Part shown: positions 6,851 through 16,968 of the stretch, piece after piece
How positions within the stretch are numbered: the first letter of the stretch is position 1
Layout: every line of letters begins with the position of its first letter
Assembly (NCBI GenBank): GCA_027319565.1
Contig: DAHVNA010000010.1
Coordinates: forward strand, 1 to 52,493
Reading direction: 5' to 3'
DNA from: Elusimicrobiota bacterium
Lineage (GTDB): Bacteria > Elusimicrobiota > Elusimicrobia > UBA1565 > UBA9628
DNA length: 52,493 bases
Program-made: the position numbers and the translations under genes
The notes under the pieces: model-generated
Databases searched by the model: none
What the model saw: only the letters and a program-made list of their open reading frames with translations
What the model was told of the DNA's origin: nothing

Positions 6851-9800
6851 ATGTTTGAAAAATTTCTATCTAAAATCCTGAAATCCCCCGCCATTGTCGC
6901 AATACTCGTCATTTTTCTCTTTATCGTCGGAATAATCTCCTACCGCGGACTAAATGTGGATTTATTTCCCCCGCTTGATTTTCCCGTTCTCAGCATCGTC
7001 GCGGAAGCCCCGGGGTTTTCGTCTTTAGAAATGGAGCGCCAGGTCACTCTCCCAATTGAAAGCGCGGTCAGCGGCGTTCTCGGGGTTATCCGCGTCCGCT
7101 CGGTCATGGCCACGGGAATATCGATGATCTCCGCCGAATTTCAATGGGGATCCGACATGATCACCGCCCGGCAACTCATTTTAGCGGCTTTGGCTCAAAC
7201 TGCGGGGCAATTGCCGCAAGAGGTGGAGCCCTCGGTTGAAAGCTTAAGCGCAACCTTGGCTCTGATTGAAGGCTACAGCCTTCAGGGCGGAAACGATTTA
7301 ATTAAACTCCGGGATATCGCCAATTACCAGCTCAAACCGCGCCTTCAAGGAATCTTGGGGGTTTACAAAGTCGTCGTCTCCGGCGGGAAAATAAGGGAAT
7401 ACGCGGTCTATCCGAATCCTTTTTTAATGATGAAATATGGACTCGCGCTTAGCGATTTAAAACGGGCGTTAGCCTCCAACAATATTCTCGTCTCCCCGGG
7501 GGTCGTCAATAATTATTCCCAAGAATTTGTCGTCCGGGCTAACGGGCAATTTAAAGACGCCAATGATGTCGAAAATGTCGTCGTCGCCGTCAAGGCCGGA
7601 ATTCCGGTCCGAATACAGGATCTGGCGCGAGTCTCAAATACTTATCAATTTCAAAGGCAAGACGCTTCCGAAAAAGGAAATCCCTCCATTTTGATTAATA
7701 TCTACAAACAGCCGCGCTTTGACACCATTGAAGTCGCCAACGCCGTGGCGGAAAAAATCAAGGAGTTCCAGAAAACCCTGCCGGCGGGTTTTACCATCCA
7801 TAATTATTACGACCAATCCCAATTGGTTAAAGACTCTCTCGGCAGCGTCAAAGAAAGCGTCGCCATTGGAGCTGTCCTCGTCGTTCTTATTTTGCTCGCT
7901 TTTTTGCGCAGCCCGCGACTAACCTTGGTCGCGACTCTCAGCATCCCCATTTCGGTCATTGCCGCCGTCATTTTGATGCGCCTCTTCGGAGTGGGGCTCA
8001 ACATCATGTCTTTAGGCGGACTCGCGGTGGGAAGCGGAATCATCGTCGATGACGCCATCGTCGTCTTGGAAAATATTTTTCGCCATCTGGCCGATTCAAA
8101 CTTAAGTTCAAATTCATCAACGACAGAAACCATCGTGCGCGCGGCCTCTGAAGTCGTTCGCCCCGTCATTGTCTCGACCTTAACCAATATCGGCATCTTT
8201 GCCCCGATGATTTTTATCGCGGGTTTAGCCGGACGTCTTTTTAAGCCGGTGGCCTTGACCGTCACCTTCGCGCTGTCGGCATCCTTGATTGTCGCTTTGA
8301 CGGTGATTCCGGTTTTGGTTCTTCAGATCGCCTCCCGCAGCCGCATCGATGAAAACTCCGGAGGACCTTTTGAGAGATCTTATCGCCGGCTGCTTGACTT
8401 GTCTCTTAAGCGCCCCTGGATGACCGTTTTTTTCTTGGCTTTGATTCCCTTTTTAGCTTCTTGGACGGCGTTTAAACGCCTCAATATCGCCTTTCTTCCG
8501 GGTCTTGATGAAAGCGCCATTCAAATTCAGACAACGCTTCCCCCGGGCGCCTCTTTAGCGGAATCCCGCAAGGTCAATGGCGCGATAGAAAAATGGCTTA
8601 ACCATATCCCGGGTATTATTACGGTCGTCCGCAACACGGGGCACGCCCCGGGAACCCTCGACGTCGACAGCGTCAACCGAAGCGATATCAACATAAAACT
8701 CGTCCCTAAAAGGCAAAGGCCGCTCTCCATCAACAAGCTGATTTCGCAGCTGTCGGAAAAAACCTCGAAACTCCCCGGGGTCAATGTCGAATATTTAATG
8801 CCCTTAGCCGATAAAATCAACGACGCGATGGGAGGAATCCCTTACGATATCGGAATTGATTTCTTCGGCCCCAGCCTCAAAACCTTGGGAACACTTTCCT
8901 CAAATCTGACCGAACGCATTAAAAATATCCGCGGAGTCTCCGATATCAGGCCGCCCGAGAACATCCCTCTTCCCGCCCTTCAAACCTCCATCGACAGAAA
9001 AGAGGCGGGGCGGCTGGGGATTTCAGAGCGCGCGATTTTTGATTTACTGGAGGCCTATTCGGTGGGACTCACCGCGACCCACGTGCGCCGGCTTTTCAAA
9101 TCCATTGGGGTCGTTTTACACTTTACCAAACCCGGGCAAAATCTAAATCTCGAAGCCCTCAGAAGTCTGCCGCTTAAAACCGCCGGGGGAAATATCGTGC
9201 CCTTAGAGCAGGTCGCGCATTTTTACTATTCCGAAGTTCCCAGTAAAATCTATCACGAGCATCTTTCCCGCAAGATGACCGTGGCCTTTAATGTTCGGGG
9301 CCGAAACGTCAACGATGTCGCATCCAAAGTCGCGCAAGAAATCAAGAAAATGAAATTGCCGAAAGGATACAGCTGGAGCTATTCCGGCAAGTACGCCTCG
9401 GGGCAAAGCGCGATCAACAATATGGGAATGGTTTTTTTGATGGCGATTTTAGTCGTGGCCATTATCTTGTGGCTGGAATTTAGATCGCTTCTCCAAGTAG
9501 GACTCATCTTGCTGACCGTTCCCTTGGCCTCCATCGGCGCGGCCCTGGGTCTATGGCTGTTTCACGAGAGCCTCAACGTCTCTTCCATGATCGGAGCGGT
9601 GATGCTCATTGGAATCGTCGTCAGAAACGGAATTATCATGCTCGATTACATGAATTCGGAAATAGAGTCCGGCCAAGAAGTCGAGGCCGCGGTGCGTTCT
9701 TCCGCTCTTAAGCGCGTTCGCCCGATCCTGATGACGGCTTCCGTCGCGATTTTAGGGCTGGTTCCAATCGCCACCGGATGGGGAACGGGCTCGGAATTAT

Positions 9801-9919
9801 TGCAGCCCCTGGCTATCGCGGTTATCGGCGGACTTTTGACCTCGACGGTTTTGACCCTATTTGTTCTTCCTGCCTCGGCGTTGATTACGCTTAAAATCGG
9901 GCGCAGCCCGCGGCCTTAG
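6851..9919 (+). CDS. RND efflux permease, CzcA/CusA-like
   Basis: 1022 aa. N-terminal DLFP...EAPGFSSLEMERQVTLPIE, TM4 VDDAIVVLENI, and RVRPILMT motifs. Confidence 0.9.
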   Translation: MFEKFLSKILKSPAIVAILVIFLFIVGIISYRGLNVDLFPPLDFPVLSIVAEAPGFSSLEMERQVTLPIESAVSGVLGVIRVRSVMATGISMISAEFQWGSDMITARQLILAALAQTAGQLPQEVEPSVESLSATLALIEGYSLQGGNDLIKLRDIANYQLKPRLQGILGVYKVVVSGGKIREYAVYPNPFLMMKYGLALSDLKRALASNNILVSPGVVNNYSQEFVVRANGQFKDANDVENVVVAVKAGIPVRIQDLARVSNTYQFQRQDASEKGNPSILINIYKQPRFDTIEVANAVAEKIKEFQKTLPAGFTIHNYYDQSQLVKDSLGSVKESVAIGAVLVVLILLAFLRSPRLTLVATLSIPISVIAAVILMRLFGVGLNIMSLGGLAVGSGIIVDDAIVVLENIFRHLADSNLSSNSSTTETIVRAASEVVRPVIVSTLTNIGIFAPMIFIAGLAGRLFKPVALTVTFALSASLIVALTVIPVLVLQIASRSRIDENSGGPFERSYRRLLDLSLKRPWMTVFFLALIPFLASWTAFKRLNIAFLPGLDESAIQIQTTLPPGASLAESRKVNGAIEKWLNHIPGIITVVRNTGHAPGTLDVDSVNRSDINIKLVPKRQRPLSINKLISQLSEKTSKLPGVNVEYLMPLADKINDAMGGIPYDIGIDFFGPSLKTLGTLSSNLTERIKNIRGVSDIRPPENIPLPALQTSIDRKEAGRLGISERAIFDLLEAYSVGLTATHVRRLFKSIGVVLHFTKPGQNLNLEALRSLPLKTAGGNIVPLEQVAHFYYSEVPSKIYHEHLSRKMTVAFNVRGRNVNDVASKVAQEIKKMKLPKGYSWSYSGKYASGQSAINNMGMVFLMAILVVAIILWLEFRSLLQVGLILLTVPLASIGAALGLWLFHESLNVSSMIGAVMLIGIVVRNGIIMLDYMNSEIESGQEVEAAVRSSALKRVRPILMTASVAILGLVPIATGWGTGSELLQPLAIAVIGGLLTSTVLTLFVLPASALITLKIGRSPRP

Positions 9920-9945
9920 GCTCTGCCACAGAGACTTGATTTCGC

Positions 9946-10953
9946 TTAAGCGTAGAAATTTCGCACCCAGCGGTGCTGAGCCAAACGCGCCAATTCCGCG
10001 GCTGAAAAATAATTTCCGTCCGAGGCCAAGACGTTTTTTTGGACATGGGACACTTTTCTCATACCGGGAATGACGGTTGAGACCGCGTCAAAGCTAAGAA
10101 CAAATTTCAAGGCCGCGACGGCCAAGTTCAGCGCCTTAGCCCCCACGACATCTTTTTCAAGAGCCGCCACGCGCTCGCAGGTCTCTTTTAAGCGCGCGCC
10201 GCCGAAATAATGGCTGCGGAAATCCTCGGCGGGAAATTGAGTGTCCGGTTTTATCTCTCCGGTCAGGCTTCCCTCGTCAAAAGGACAGCGAACGACCACG
10301 CCGATTTTTTTCTCGGCGCAAAGCGGGAACAAAATTTCCGCGGCCCTCTGATCAAAAAGATTAAAAAGAACTTGGACTTGATCGACAAAACCGCTTTTAA
10401 CGATTTCAACGGCGGTTTCGGGATTGTCTCCGACAGACACCCCGACAAAGCGCACCTTGCCGGCTTTTTTAAGATTCTCGAAAGTCTCCATGACCTTCGG
10501 CCACAGAGGATCTCGAACCCAGGTGTCGGTCCAAACATGAAATTGTTCCAAGACCAAGGTATCGCAAGAAAGATTTCTCAAAGAGCGGTCGACGCAAGAG
10601 ATAATCCAATCCGGCGGAAAAGCCCGCGCCAGCGGAGTTTGAGCCCGGGCCGGCCATTCCATATTTTTAGGCGGAATTTTAGTTGAAACAGTGAGGCGCT
10701 GGCCGATTTCTTTAAAGAGTTTGGCGATTAATTTTTCCGAATGTCCGTGGCCATAGGCAAAAGCCGTGTCGAAATAGGTAATTCCCGAATCGACCGCCGC
10801 ATGAAGAGCCCGCATCGACTCCGAATCATCCGAGGGCCCCCACATGGTTTTCCCGATTCCCCATCCGCCAAAACCGATTTCGGATACGGAGATGCCGGTG
10901 CGCCCCAAAACGCGCGAGCGCATTGTCGTTTTTTCCTGTTCCATAAAGGCCAT
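9946..10953 (-). CDS. Aldo/keto reductase
   Basis: LGRTGISVSEIGFGGWGIG, FDTAFAYG, STK and QFH catalytic tetrad positions, VIPGMRK. Confidence 0.9.
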   Translation of the reverse strand: MAFMEQEKTTMRSRVLGRTGISVSEIGFGGWGIGKTMWGPSDDSESMRALHAAVDSGITYFDTAFAYGHGHSEKLIAKLFKEIGQRLTVSTKIPPKNMEWPARAQTPLARAFPPDWIISCVDRSLRNLSCDTLVLEQFHVWTDTWVRDPLWPKVMETFENLKKAGKVRFVGVSVGDNPETAVEIVKSGFVDQVQVLFNLFDQRAAEILFPLCAEKKIGVVVRCPFDEGSLTGEIKPDTQFPAEDFRSHYFGGARLKETCERVAALEKDVVGAKALNLAVAALKFVLSFDAVSTVIPGMRKVSHVQKNVLASDGNYFSAAELARLAQHRWVRNFYA

Positions 10954-10971
10954 TATATCTTTTAAATAAAA

Positions 10972-11886
10972 TTAAGAAAAAAGCGAAAGAGCGGCAAAAA
11001 CCTCTTTTTCCACGACCGCCAAATTTTCCTTGGACAAAGGAGTCAAGGGCAGGCGCACGAAGGCCGAGCAAAGACCCATTTTCCAGAGAGCGGCTTTAAC
11101 CGGAATAGGATTGGTTTCGACAAAAAGCGCTTTCGTCAATGAAAAGAGAAGAGAATGCAAATGTCGGGCTTTTTGAGAGTCGCCCCTTAAAAACGACTGG
11201 CAGAGGGCCTGAACTTCCCTGGGGAATAAATTGGACACGACTGATATCGCGCCGACTCCTCCCACGGACAAGATTGGAAGCGTCAAGGAATCGTCTCCGG
11301 ATAAAACGCAAAAAGAGTCCGGCAAGGTTCTAATAATCTCTGAAATTTGATCGAGATTGCCGGAAGACTCTTTGACTCCGATGATATTCGGACAATCTTG
11401 GGCCAAGCGCTCAAGGGTCGAGGGCACGATATTAATCGCCGTTCTTCCGGGGATATTGTAAACGATGATCGGACAAGACACTTTTCCAGCCACGGCTTTA
11501 AAATGCCGGTAAAGGCCTTCCTGAGTCGGCTTATTATAATAAGGAGATAAAACCAAAAGCGCGTCGGCCCCCGCTTTTTGTGCCTGAACGGCCAGATGGA
11601 CCGCCTTGGCCGTGTCATTAGAAGCGACTCCCGCCATCACCGGAATGCGCCCCCGGCAATACCGAACGCCCTCACCCAGAACCTTGATGAACTCTTCCTG
11701 GCTTAAGGTCGCGGCCTCGCCGGTAGAGCCGCACAAAACGACTCCGGAAACATGCGCTGAAATTTGGCGTTCCAAGAGTCTTTTTAAGGCCGCAAGATCG
11801 AGCGCGCCGTTTTTTTTAAACGGAGTCACCAAGGCGGTCCAGCAACCGGGCAAGCGCGTTTTAAAATCCAATATCGTTTGTCTCAT
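10972..11886 (-). CDS. dapA: 4-hydroxy-tetrahydrodipicolinate synthase
   Basis: TALVTPF, GSTGEA, PYYNKPTQEG, YNIPGRT, GVKESSG, ETNPIPVK. Confidence 0.95.
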   Translation of the reverse strand: MRQTILDFKTRLPGCWTALVTPFKKNGALDLAALKRLLERQISAHVSGVVLCGSTGEAATLSQEEFIKVLGEGVRYCRGRIPVMAGVASNDTAKAVHLAVQAQKAGADALLVLSPYYNKPTQEGLYRHFKAVAGKVSCPIIVYNIPGRTAINIVPSTLERLAQDCPNIIGVKESSGNLDQISEIIRTLPDSFCVLSGDDSLTLPILSVGGVGAISVVSNLFPREVQALCQSFLRGDSQKARHLHSLLFSLTKALFVETNPIPVKAALWKMGLCSAFVRLPLTPLSKENLAVVEKEVFAALSLFS

Positions 11887-12677
11887 AAATCAATGACTCC
11901 TTGATAGACGATTTTCGCGGGGCCTTTAAGAAAAATCTCCAAAGCCCCGTCTCGGACCGGATTAAAGGAAACTTGAAGATTCCCGCCTCGAGAGGCGACC
12001 TGGGCCGAAGTTCCGCTTTTCCCCATCAGATAAGAAATGATCGCCGCCGCGACGACTCCGGTTCCGCAGGCCAAGGTTTCCGCTTCCACCCCTCTCTCGA
12101 AAGTGCGAATATAAATTTTCCCGGATTTAATCTCTATAAAATCCGCGTTCGTTCCTCGGGTGGAGAAAAACCGGTGATTTCTTATTTGACTCCCCCAAGA
12201 ATTGACGTCGAATTTTTCCAGATTCTTGACCGGCAAAACCGCATGGGGAACCCCGGTGTCGATTAAATGAATCTTAACTTTCCGGCCCAAAACCGCAATC
12301 GGAACATTGAGCCGCGCTCCGAAGGCTTTCGGCATTTGAACGGAAACCCTCTCCGGTGAAATAATCCGGGCGCCGAGAATTCCCTTGGGAGTTTGAAGCT
12401 TAAATTCTTTTTTCCCCCGAGTCCAATTTTTTTGGCTCATCCACCACGCCGCCGCGCGCATTCCGTTTCCGCAAAAAGCCGCCGAGCCGTCGGAATTATA
12501 ATAATCGAAACCAAGGCCGGGCTTTCGGTACACCCACAAAAGCCCATCGGCCCCGATGCCTTCCTTGGGACGGCATAAAACGCGGGCTAGATGAGAAGCC
12601 TTCAAATTCTTGTCCGCGGCCACAAGGACAAAATCATTTCCGGCGGCCGACATTTTAAAAAAAGGCAATCTTTTCAT
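11883..12677 (-). CDS. dapF: Diaminopimelate epimerase
   Basis: AGNDF, FCGNG, DTGVPH, ERGVEAETLACGTG. Confidence 0.95.
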   Translation of the reverse strand: MKRLPFFKMSAAGNDFVLVAADKNLKASHLARVLCRPKEGIGADGLLWVYRKPGLGFDYYNSDGSAAFCGNGMRAAAWWMSQKNWTRGKKEFKLQTPKGILGARIISPERVSVQMPKAFGARLNVPIAVLGRKVKIHLIDTGVPHAVLPVKNLEKFDVNSWGSQIRNHRFFSTRGTNADFIEIKSGKIYIRTFERGVEAETLACGTGVVAAAIISYLMGKSGTSAQVASRGGNLQVSFNPVRDGALEIFLKGPAKIVYQGVIDL

Positions 12678-13786
12678 CGGGCGTCCTTGACCGAGTCAAT
12701 TAAGGCTCTGGCCACGCGCTCTGAGACTCCGGGGTTTCCCAAACGCTTTCTCAGCGCCATTAATTCTTCCCGAGCCCCGAGATAATTTTGGGGGCTCTCC
12801 CAAAAATGAGATAAAGCCTCGGCCAGCGCCTCGGGATGGACTTGATCCTGGATGAGTTCAGGCACGATCTTTTTTCCCGCTAGGATATTGGCCATCGCGA
12901 TATAAGGGACCCGGATTAACGAGCGGGCCAAAAAATAAGTGGGCCAGGACATCTGATAGGCGACGACCATCGGGATTCCCAAAAGCGCGTTTTCCAAGGT
13001 CGCCGTGCCAGAAGAGCAAAAAGCTCCGTCTAAAAGCGCGCGCTTTTGATAATCGGATTCCCGGACAATTTCAATTCCCAAGTCTTGAACCTGGTAAGAA
13101 GAGTCGGAAAGAGCGCGGGCGGCAAAAATCATCGCCCGGGCGCCGGGAAAATGCTTTTTAAAGGCCTTAAAACTCTCCAAAAAAATGGGAAGATGTCTTG
13201 AAACCTCGGATTTTCGGCTTCCCGGCAAAATTCCTATCAAGGGATCCCGCGGAATTTCGGTCTTAATCTTGGGCTCTGGGATAATATCGAGGAGTGGATG
13301 CCCGACAAACTCGCAGGCGACTCCGGCGTCGCGGTAAAGCTTCTCCTCAAATGGGAAAATAACGAAAATTTTTTTAACCAGGCTCCCAATGACCCGGACG
13401 CGATAAGGGCGGCTGGCCCAAACCTGCGGACTAATATAGTAATAAGCCGGCACCCGGGCCTTCAAGGCGAATTGAAGCAAGCGCCGGTTAAAGCCGTAAT
13501 AGTCAATACAGATCAGAGCCTTGGCCCGTCTTTCATTTAAAAAATCACGGATTTTAAACGCGGTATTAAGAAGACGAGGCATTTTCAAAAGGGGCTCGAG
13601 AAACCCCACGATGCCTTCTCCCGCCAAGTCATCTAAAAATTCATCAGAGGCTTCTCTCATAAAAGGGCCGCCGATAGCCGCGATTTTAACGGAGGGCTTG
13701 AGTTTTTTTAGAGCCGCAATCAAACGAGAGCCGTGTAAATCCCCGGAAGGGTCTCCAGCGGCAATCAAAAAATCGAAGACTTCCAC
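12674..13786 (-). CDS. lpxB: Lipid-A-disaccharide synthase
   Basis: AGDPSGDLHG, YISPQVWA, IFPFE, FVGHPL, LPGSR, SGTATLE, PELIQ. Confidence 0.95.
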   Translation of the reverse strand: MEVFDFLIAAGDPSGDLHGSRLIAALKKLKPSVKIAAIGGPFMREASDEFLDDLAGEGIVGFLEPLLKMPRLLNTAFKIRDFLNERRAKALICIDYYGFNRRLLQFALKARVPAYYYISPQVWASRPYRVRVIGSLVKKIFVIFPFEEKLYRDAGVACEFVGHPLLDIIPEPKIKTEIPRDPLIGILPGSRKSEVSRHLPIFLESFKAFKKHFPGARAMIFAARALSDSSYQVQDLGIEIVRESDYQKRALLDGAFCSSGTATLENALLGIPMVVAYQMSWPTYFLARSLIRVPYIAMANILAGKKIVPELIQDQVHPEALAEALSHFWESPQNYLGAREELMALRKRLGNPGVSERVARALIDSVKDAR

Positions 13787-13792
13787 GTTCCA

Positions 13793-13830
13793 ATTGTATC
13801 ATTTGACATTAGCTCTCAAATTGTTACAAT
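13793..13830. promoter_or_regulatory. Overlapping divergent sigma70 promoters for gdhA (+) and lpxB (-)
   Basis: Plus strand: TTGACA(13803)-N16-TACAAT(13825) with extended TG. Minus strand: TGA-TACAAT (13801-13793), 6 nt before the lpxB GTG. Confidence 0.65.
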
Positions 13831-13911
13831 TCACTTGAGACGTTCACCTAGGAGAATCTAATGAAAACACAAGAAATTTTGCCAACCCTCAAAAAAAATG
13901 AAAAGGAGAAT

Positions 13912-15174
13912 ATGCCGACGGGAAATTCCGAGTCTAATCCTTGGCAGCAGGCGATGGCGCAGCTAGACCGCGCGGCGGCCAAGATGCAAATCGACCCCAT
14001 GGTGGTCGAACGCCTGCGCCACTGCAAGCGCATTCTCACCGTCTCTATTCCCATCAGAATGGACGACGGCAGCTTCAAGGTTTTTGAAGGATATCGAATA
14101 CAACACAATATCGACCGCGGCCCGGCCAAGGGCGGCATCCGCTATCACCCGCAGGTTTCTTTAGATGAAGTCAAAGCCCTTTCGTTTTGGATGACCATGA
14201 AATGCGCGGTCGTCAATCTCCCATATGGAGGAGCTAAGGGCGGAATTATCTGCGATCCGTCGAAAATGTCGATAGGAGAACTCGAACGCCTCACCCGCCG
14301 ATATACCTCCGAAATTTCCATCATCATCGGTCCGGACAAGGACATCCCCGCGCCCGATGTCAACACTAATGAGCAGGTCATGAGTTGGATCATGGACACC
14401 TATTCTATGACGATTGGCTATTCCTGCCCCGGAGTCGTCACCGGAAAGCCCATCGAAGCGGGCGGATCCTTGGGGCGCAAGGAAGCGACCGGTAGAGGAG
14501 TTTTCTATGTCGCCAGGGAATTGGTGAAAGCTCAAGGGAAAGATTTAAAAAACATGACCATTGCGGTTCAAGGATTTGGAAATGTGGGTTCCAACGCGGC
14601 CAAGATATTCCACGAAAACGGCTCTAAAATCGTCGCCGTTTCCGATGTAAACGGCGGTCTCTATGACGAAAAAGGGCTCGATATTCCCGATCTTCTTAGT
14701 TACGCCGCCAACAATAAGGGCTCTATCGCCTCTTATCCCAAGGCCAAACACATCCCGATAGACACCTTCGTCGAGGTTCCCTGCGATATTTTGATTCCGG
14801 CGGCAATGGAAAATCAAATCACTAGTCTCAACGCCGAAAAAGTGAAGGCCAAATATATCGTCGAAGGCGCCAACGGGCCGACCTCCGGCGAAGCCGATCG
14901 AATCCTGCGCGAACGCGGCATCTGGGTCATTCCGGACATACTCGCCAATTCCGGAGGAGTGACGGTCAGCTACTTTGAATGGGTCCAAGACATTCAGGCC
15001 TATTTCTGGAATGAAGACGACGTCAATCACAGGCTCCAAGACATCATCACCAAGGCCTTTAAAGAAATTTATGCGATGGCCCAGAAAGAAAATGTCGACC
15101 TGCGCCTGGCGGCGTTCATGGTGGGGCTTAATCGCCTGGCCAAAACCGTCAAACTCAGAGGAACATTCCCCTGA
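13912..15174 (+). CDS. gdhA: Glutamate dehydrogenase (Glu/Leu/Phe/Val dehydrogenase family)
   Basis: GPAKGGIRYHP, GGAKGG, DIPAPD, VQGFGNVG, EGANGP, GGVTVSYFEW. AAGGAG RBS supports ATG 13912. Confidence 0.93.
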   Translation: MPTGNSESNPWQQAMAQLDRAAAKMQIDPMVVERLRHCKRILTVSIPIRMDDGSFKVFEGYRIQHNIDRGPAKGGIRYHPQVSLDEVKALSFWMTMKCAVVNLPYGGAKGGIICDPSKMSIGELERLTRRYTSEISIIIGPDKDIPAPDVNTNEQVMSWIMDTYSMTIGYSCPGVVTGKPIEAGGSLGRKEATGRGVFYVARELVKAQGKDLKNMTIAVQGFGNVGSNAAKIFHENGSKIVAVSDVNGGLYDEKGLDIPDLLSYAANNKGSIASYPKAKHIPIDTFVEVPCDILIPAAMENQITSLNAEKVKAKYIVEGANGPTSGEADRILRERGIWVIPDILANSGGVTVSYFEWVQDIQAYFWNEDDVNHRLQDIITKAFKEIYAMAQKENVDLRLAAFMVGLNRLAKTVKLRGTFP

Positions 15175-15932
15175 TGGGATTTAAGAAAAATTCAATCGCG
15201 CTCGTAAGCTTTGGATTTTTTTTCGCCCGGGCTCCTTTAAGCGCCGCGCCTTTAAATCAAGACGCGGCGCTTATTTCTAGGATTGATTTTCTTTATTTCC
15301 ACCGCGACCAAAAAAACAACCTCTCCGAGAGCTTAAAACTCATCGAGTCCGGACTCTCAAAGGACCCTAAAAATGTCCCTCTTTTATGGCGAAAAGGACG
15401 GGATTTAGAGCGCATCGGAGAAAATCAAACGAAATCGAAAGAAAAACTTGATTTTTTTGAAAAAGCGCGAAAAACCCTTGAAGAGTCAATTAAGATTAAC
15501 CCAAAAATTCCCGATGCCCATTATTGGCTGGGGGTCACTCTCGGCAGAATCGGCCAGACGCGCGGAATCTTGCGCTCTTTGTTTTTGCTGGAGCCGCTTC
15601 GCCGTCAAATGCGGGAAGCCTTGAGTCTCGACCCCCACTACGAGCCCGCAATCCATGTCTTAGGGGAAATCTATAGGGAACTTCCGCGATTCGTGGGCGG
15701 AAGCATTCCCAAAGCCATCGCGGAATTTAAGAAAGCCCGGCAAATGGAGCCCAACGATTTGGTCAATCTCTTGTCCTTGGGGCAAGCCTATCAAGACGCG
15801 AAAGAAAACACGAAGGCCCTCGAAGTTCTCAATCAAGCGCTATCGGTGAAAAATCCCGCCGATCCCGGGGAAGCGGCGGATAACCGCAAAGACATCCAAA
15901 AAGTCATTCAAGAAATCAAAAGCGGCGATTAA
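15174..15932 (+). CDS. Exported tetratricopeptide-repeat protein
   Basis: Signal-like N-terminus and TPR-like units (PDAHYWLGVTLG, AIHVLGEIY, LLSLGQAY). Confidence 0.7.
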   Translation: MGFKKNSIALVSFGFFFARAPLSAAPLNQDAALISRIDFLYFHRDQKNNLSESLKLIESGLSKDPKNVPLLWRKGRDLERIGENQTKSKEKLDFFEKARKTLEESIKINPKIPDAHYWLGVTLGRIGQTRGILRSLFLLEPLRRQMREALSLDPHYEPAIHVLGEIYRELPRFVGGSIPKAIAEFKKARQMEPNDLVNLLSLGQAYQDAKENTKALEVLNQALSVKNPADPGEAADNRKDIQKVIQEIKSGD

Positions 15933-15935
15933 ATA

Positions 15936-16775
15936 TCAGGCCAACTTCACGTTATCAATCAGGCGGGTTTTCCCAATCCAGATAGCCGAAATAATTCGCG
16001 CGCTCTCTCGCGGGGTCTGAAGTTCTTCAAGACTTTCTCCGTCCACCAAGGCGATATAGTCTATTTTGCTATTGGGAATGCTTAAAATTTCTCTCCGGGC
16101 CCTGGACAAGGCCCTTGAAACCGTTTCGCCGTTTTTAATTTCTTTGGCCGCCTTAGAAAGCGAGCGGCAGAATATCACGGCTTGGAAGCGCTCGATTTTA
16201 GAGAGATAGCGGTTGCGGCTAGACAGGGCCAAGCCGTCTTTTTCCCGCAAAGTCGGACATCCGATAATGCGCTGAGGCAAATTGAGATCCCGGGCCATTT
16301 TGCCAATGATGAGGAGCTGTTGATAATCTTTTTCTCCAAAATAAGCGCGGTCACAAGCCGTCGTCTGCAAAAGCTTAAGAACCACCGTCGCCACTCCGCG
16401 AAAATGCCCCGGTCTAAAACGCCCGCACCATAAATCCGAAAATCCTTCGACATTGACAAAGGTTCGGTATCCCGGGGGATAAATATCTTCGGGGCTTGGA
16501 TGATAAAGGATATCGACCCCAAAGGAGGCGCATAATGCCCGGTCTTCTTTAAAAGGCCTGGGATAGCGGGAAAAATCCTCATGGGGGCCAAATTGAGCGG
16601 GATTGACGAAAACGGAAACAATAACCTTGTCATTTTCTTTTTTCGCGCGGCGGATTAAAGAAGCGTGTCCCTCATGGAGAGCCCCCATCGTCGGAACAAA
16701 ACCGATGCTTTGATTTTTTTTCCTGACAAGACCAGACCAAGCCCGCATCGCCAAGGGAGTTGAAATCACTTTCAC
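15936..16775 (-). CDS. panC: Pantoate-beta-alanine ligase
   Basis: VPTMGALHEGH, FVNPAQF, RPGHF, FGEKDYQQ, GLALSSRN, RLIDN. Confidence 0.96.
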   Translation of the reverse strand: MKVISTPLAMRAWSGLVRKKNQSIGFVPTMGALHEGHASLIRRAKKENDKVIVSVFVNPAQFGPHEDFSRYPRPFKEDRALCASFGVDILYHPSPEDIYPPGYRTFVNVEGFSDLWCGRFRPGHFRGVATVVLKLLQTTACDRAYFGEKDYQQLLIIGKMARDLNLPQRIIGCPTLREKDGLALSSRNRYLSKIERFQAVIFCRSLSKAAKEIKNGETVSRALSRARREILSIPNSKIDYIALVDGESLEELQTPRESARIISAIWIGKTRLIDNVKLA

Positions 16776-16854
16776 GAGTTATTTTTTCATTTGAGACACC
16801 CTCAAATCAAATTGATAGAATGAAGTGGGTCAATAATTTTTTGGTAACTACTCA

Positions 16855-16930
16855 CGTCACTCCAGCAATCTGTCAGCCGGAGTCCAGGTTTTTCAGTGGA
16901 ATCTGGATTCCGACTTTCGTCGGAATGACG
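16855..16930. repeat. Second, more degenerate CGTC-type REP-like inverted pair
   Basis: CGTCACTCCAGC...GCCGGAGTCCAG / CTGGATTCCGACTTTCGTCGGAATGACG, same architecture as 4811-4869. Confidence 0.75.
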
Positions 16931-16968
16931 AACCTAAACAGTTACATTTTTTGATCCAGGAGAATTTT

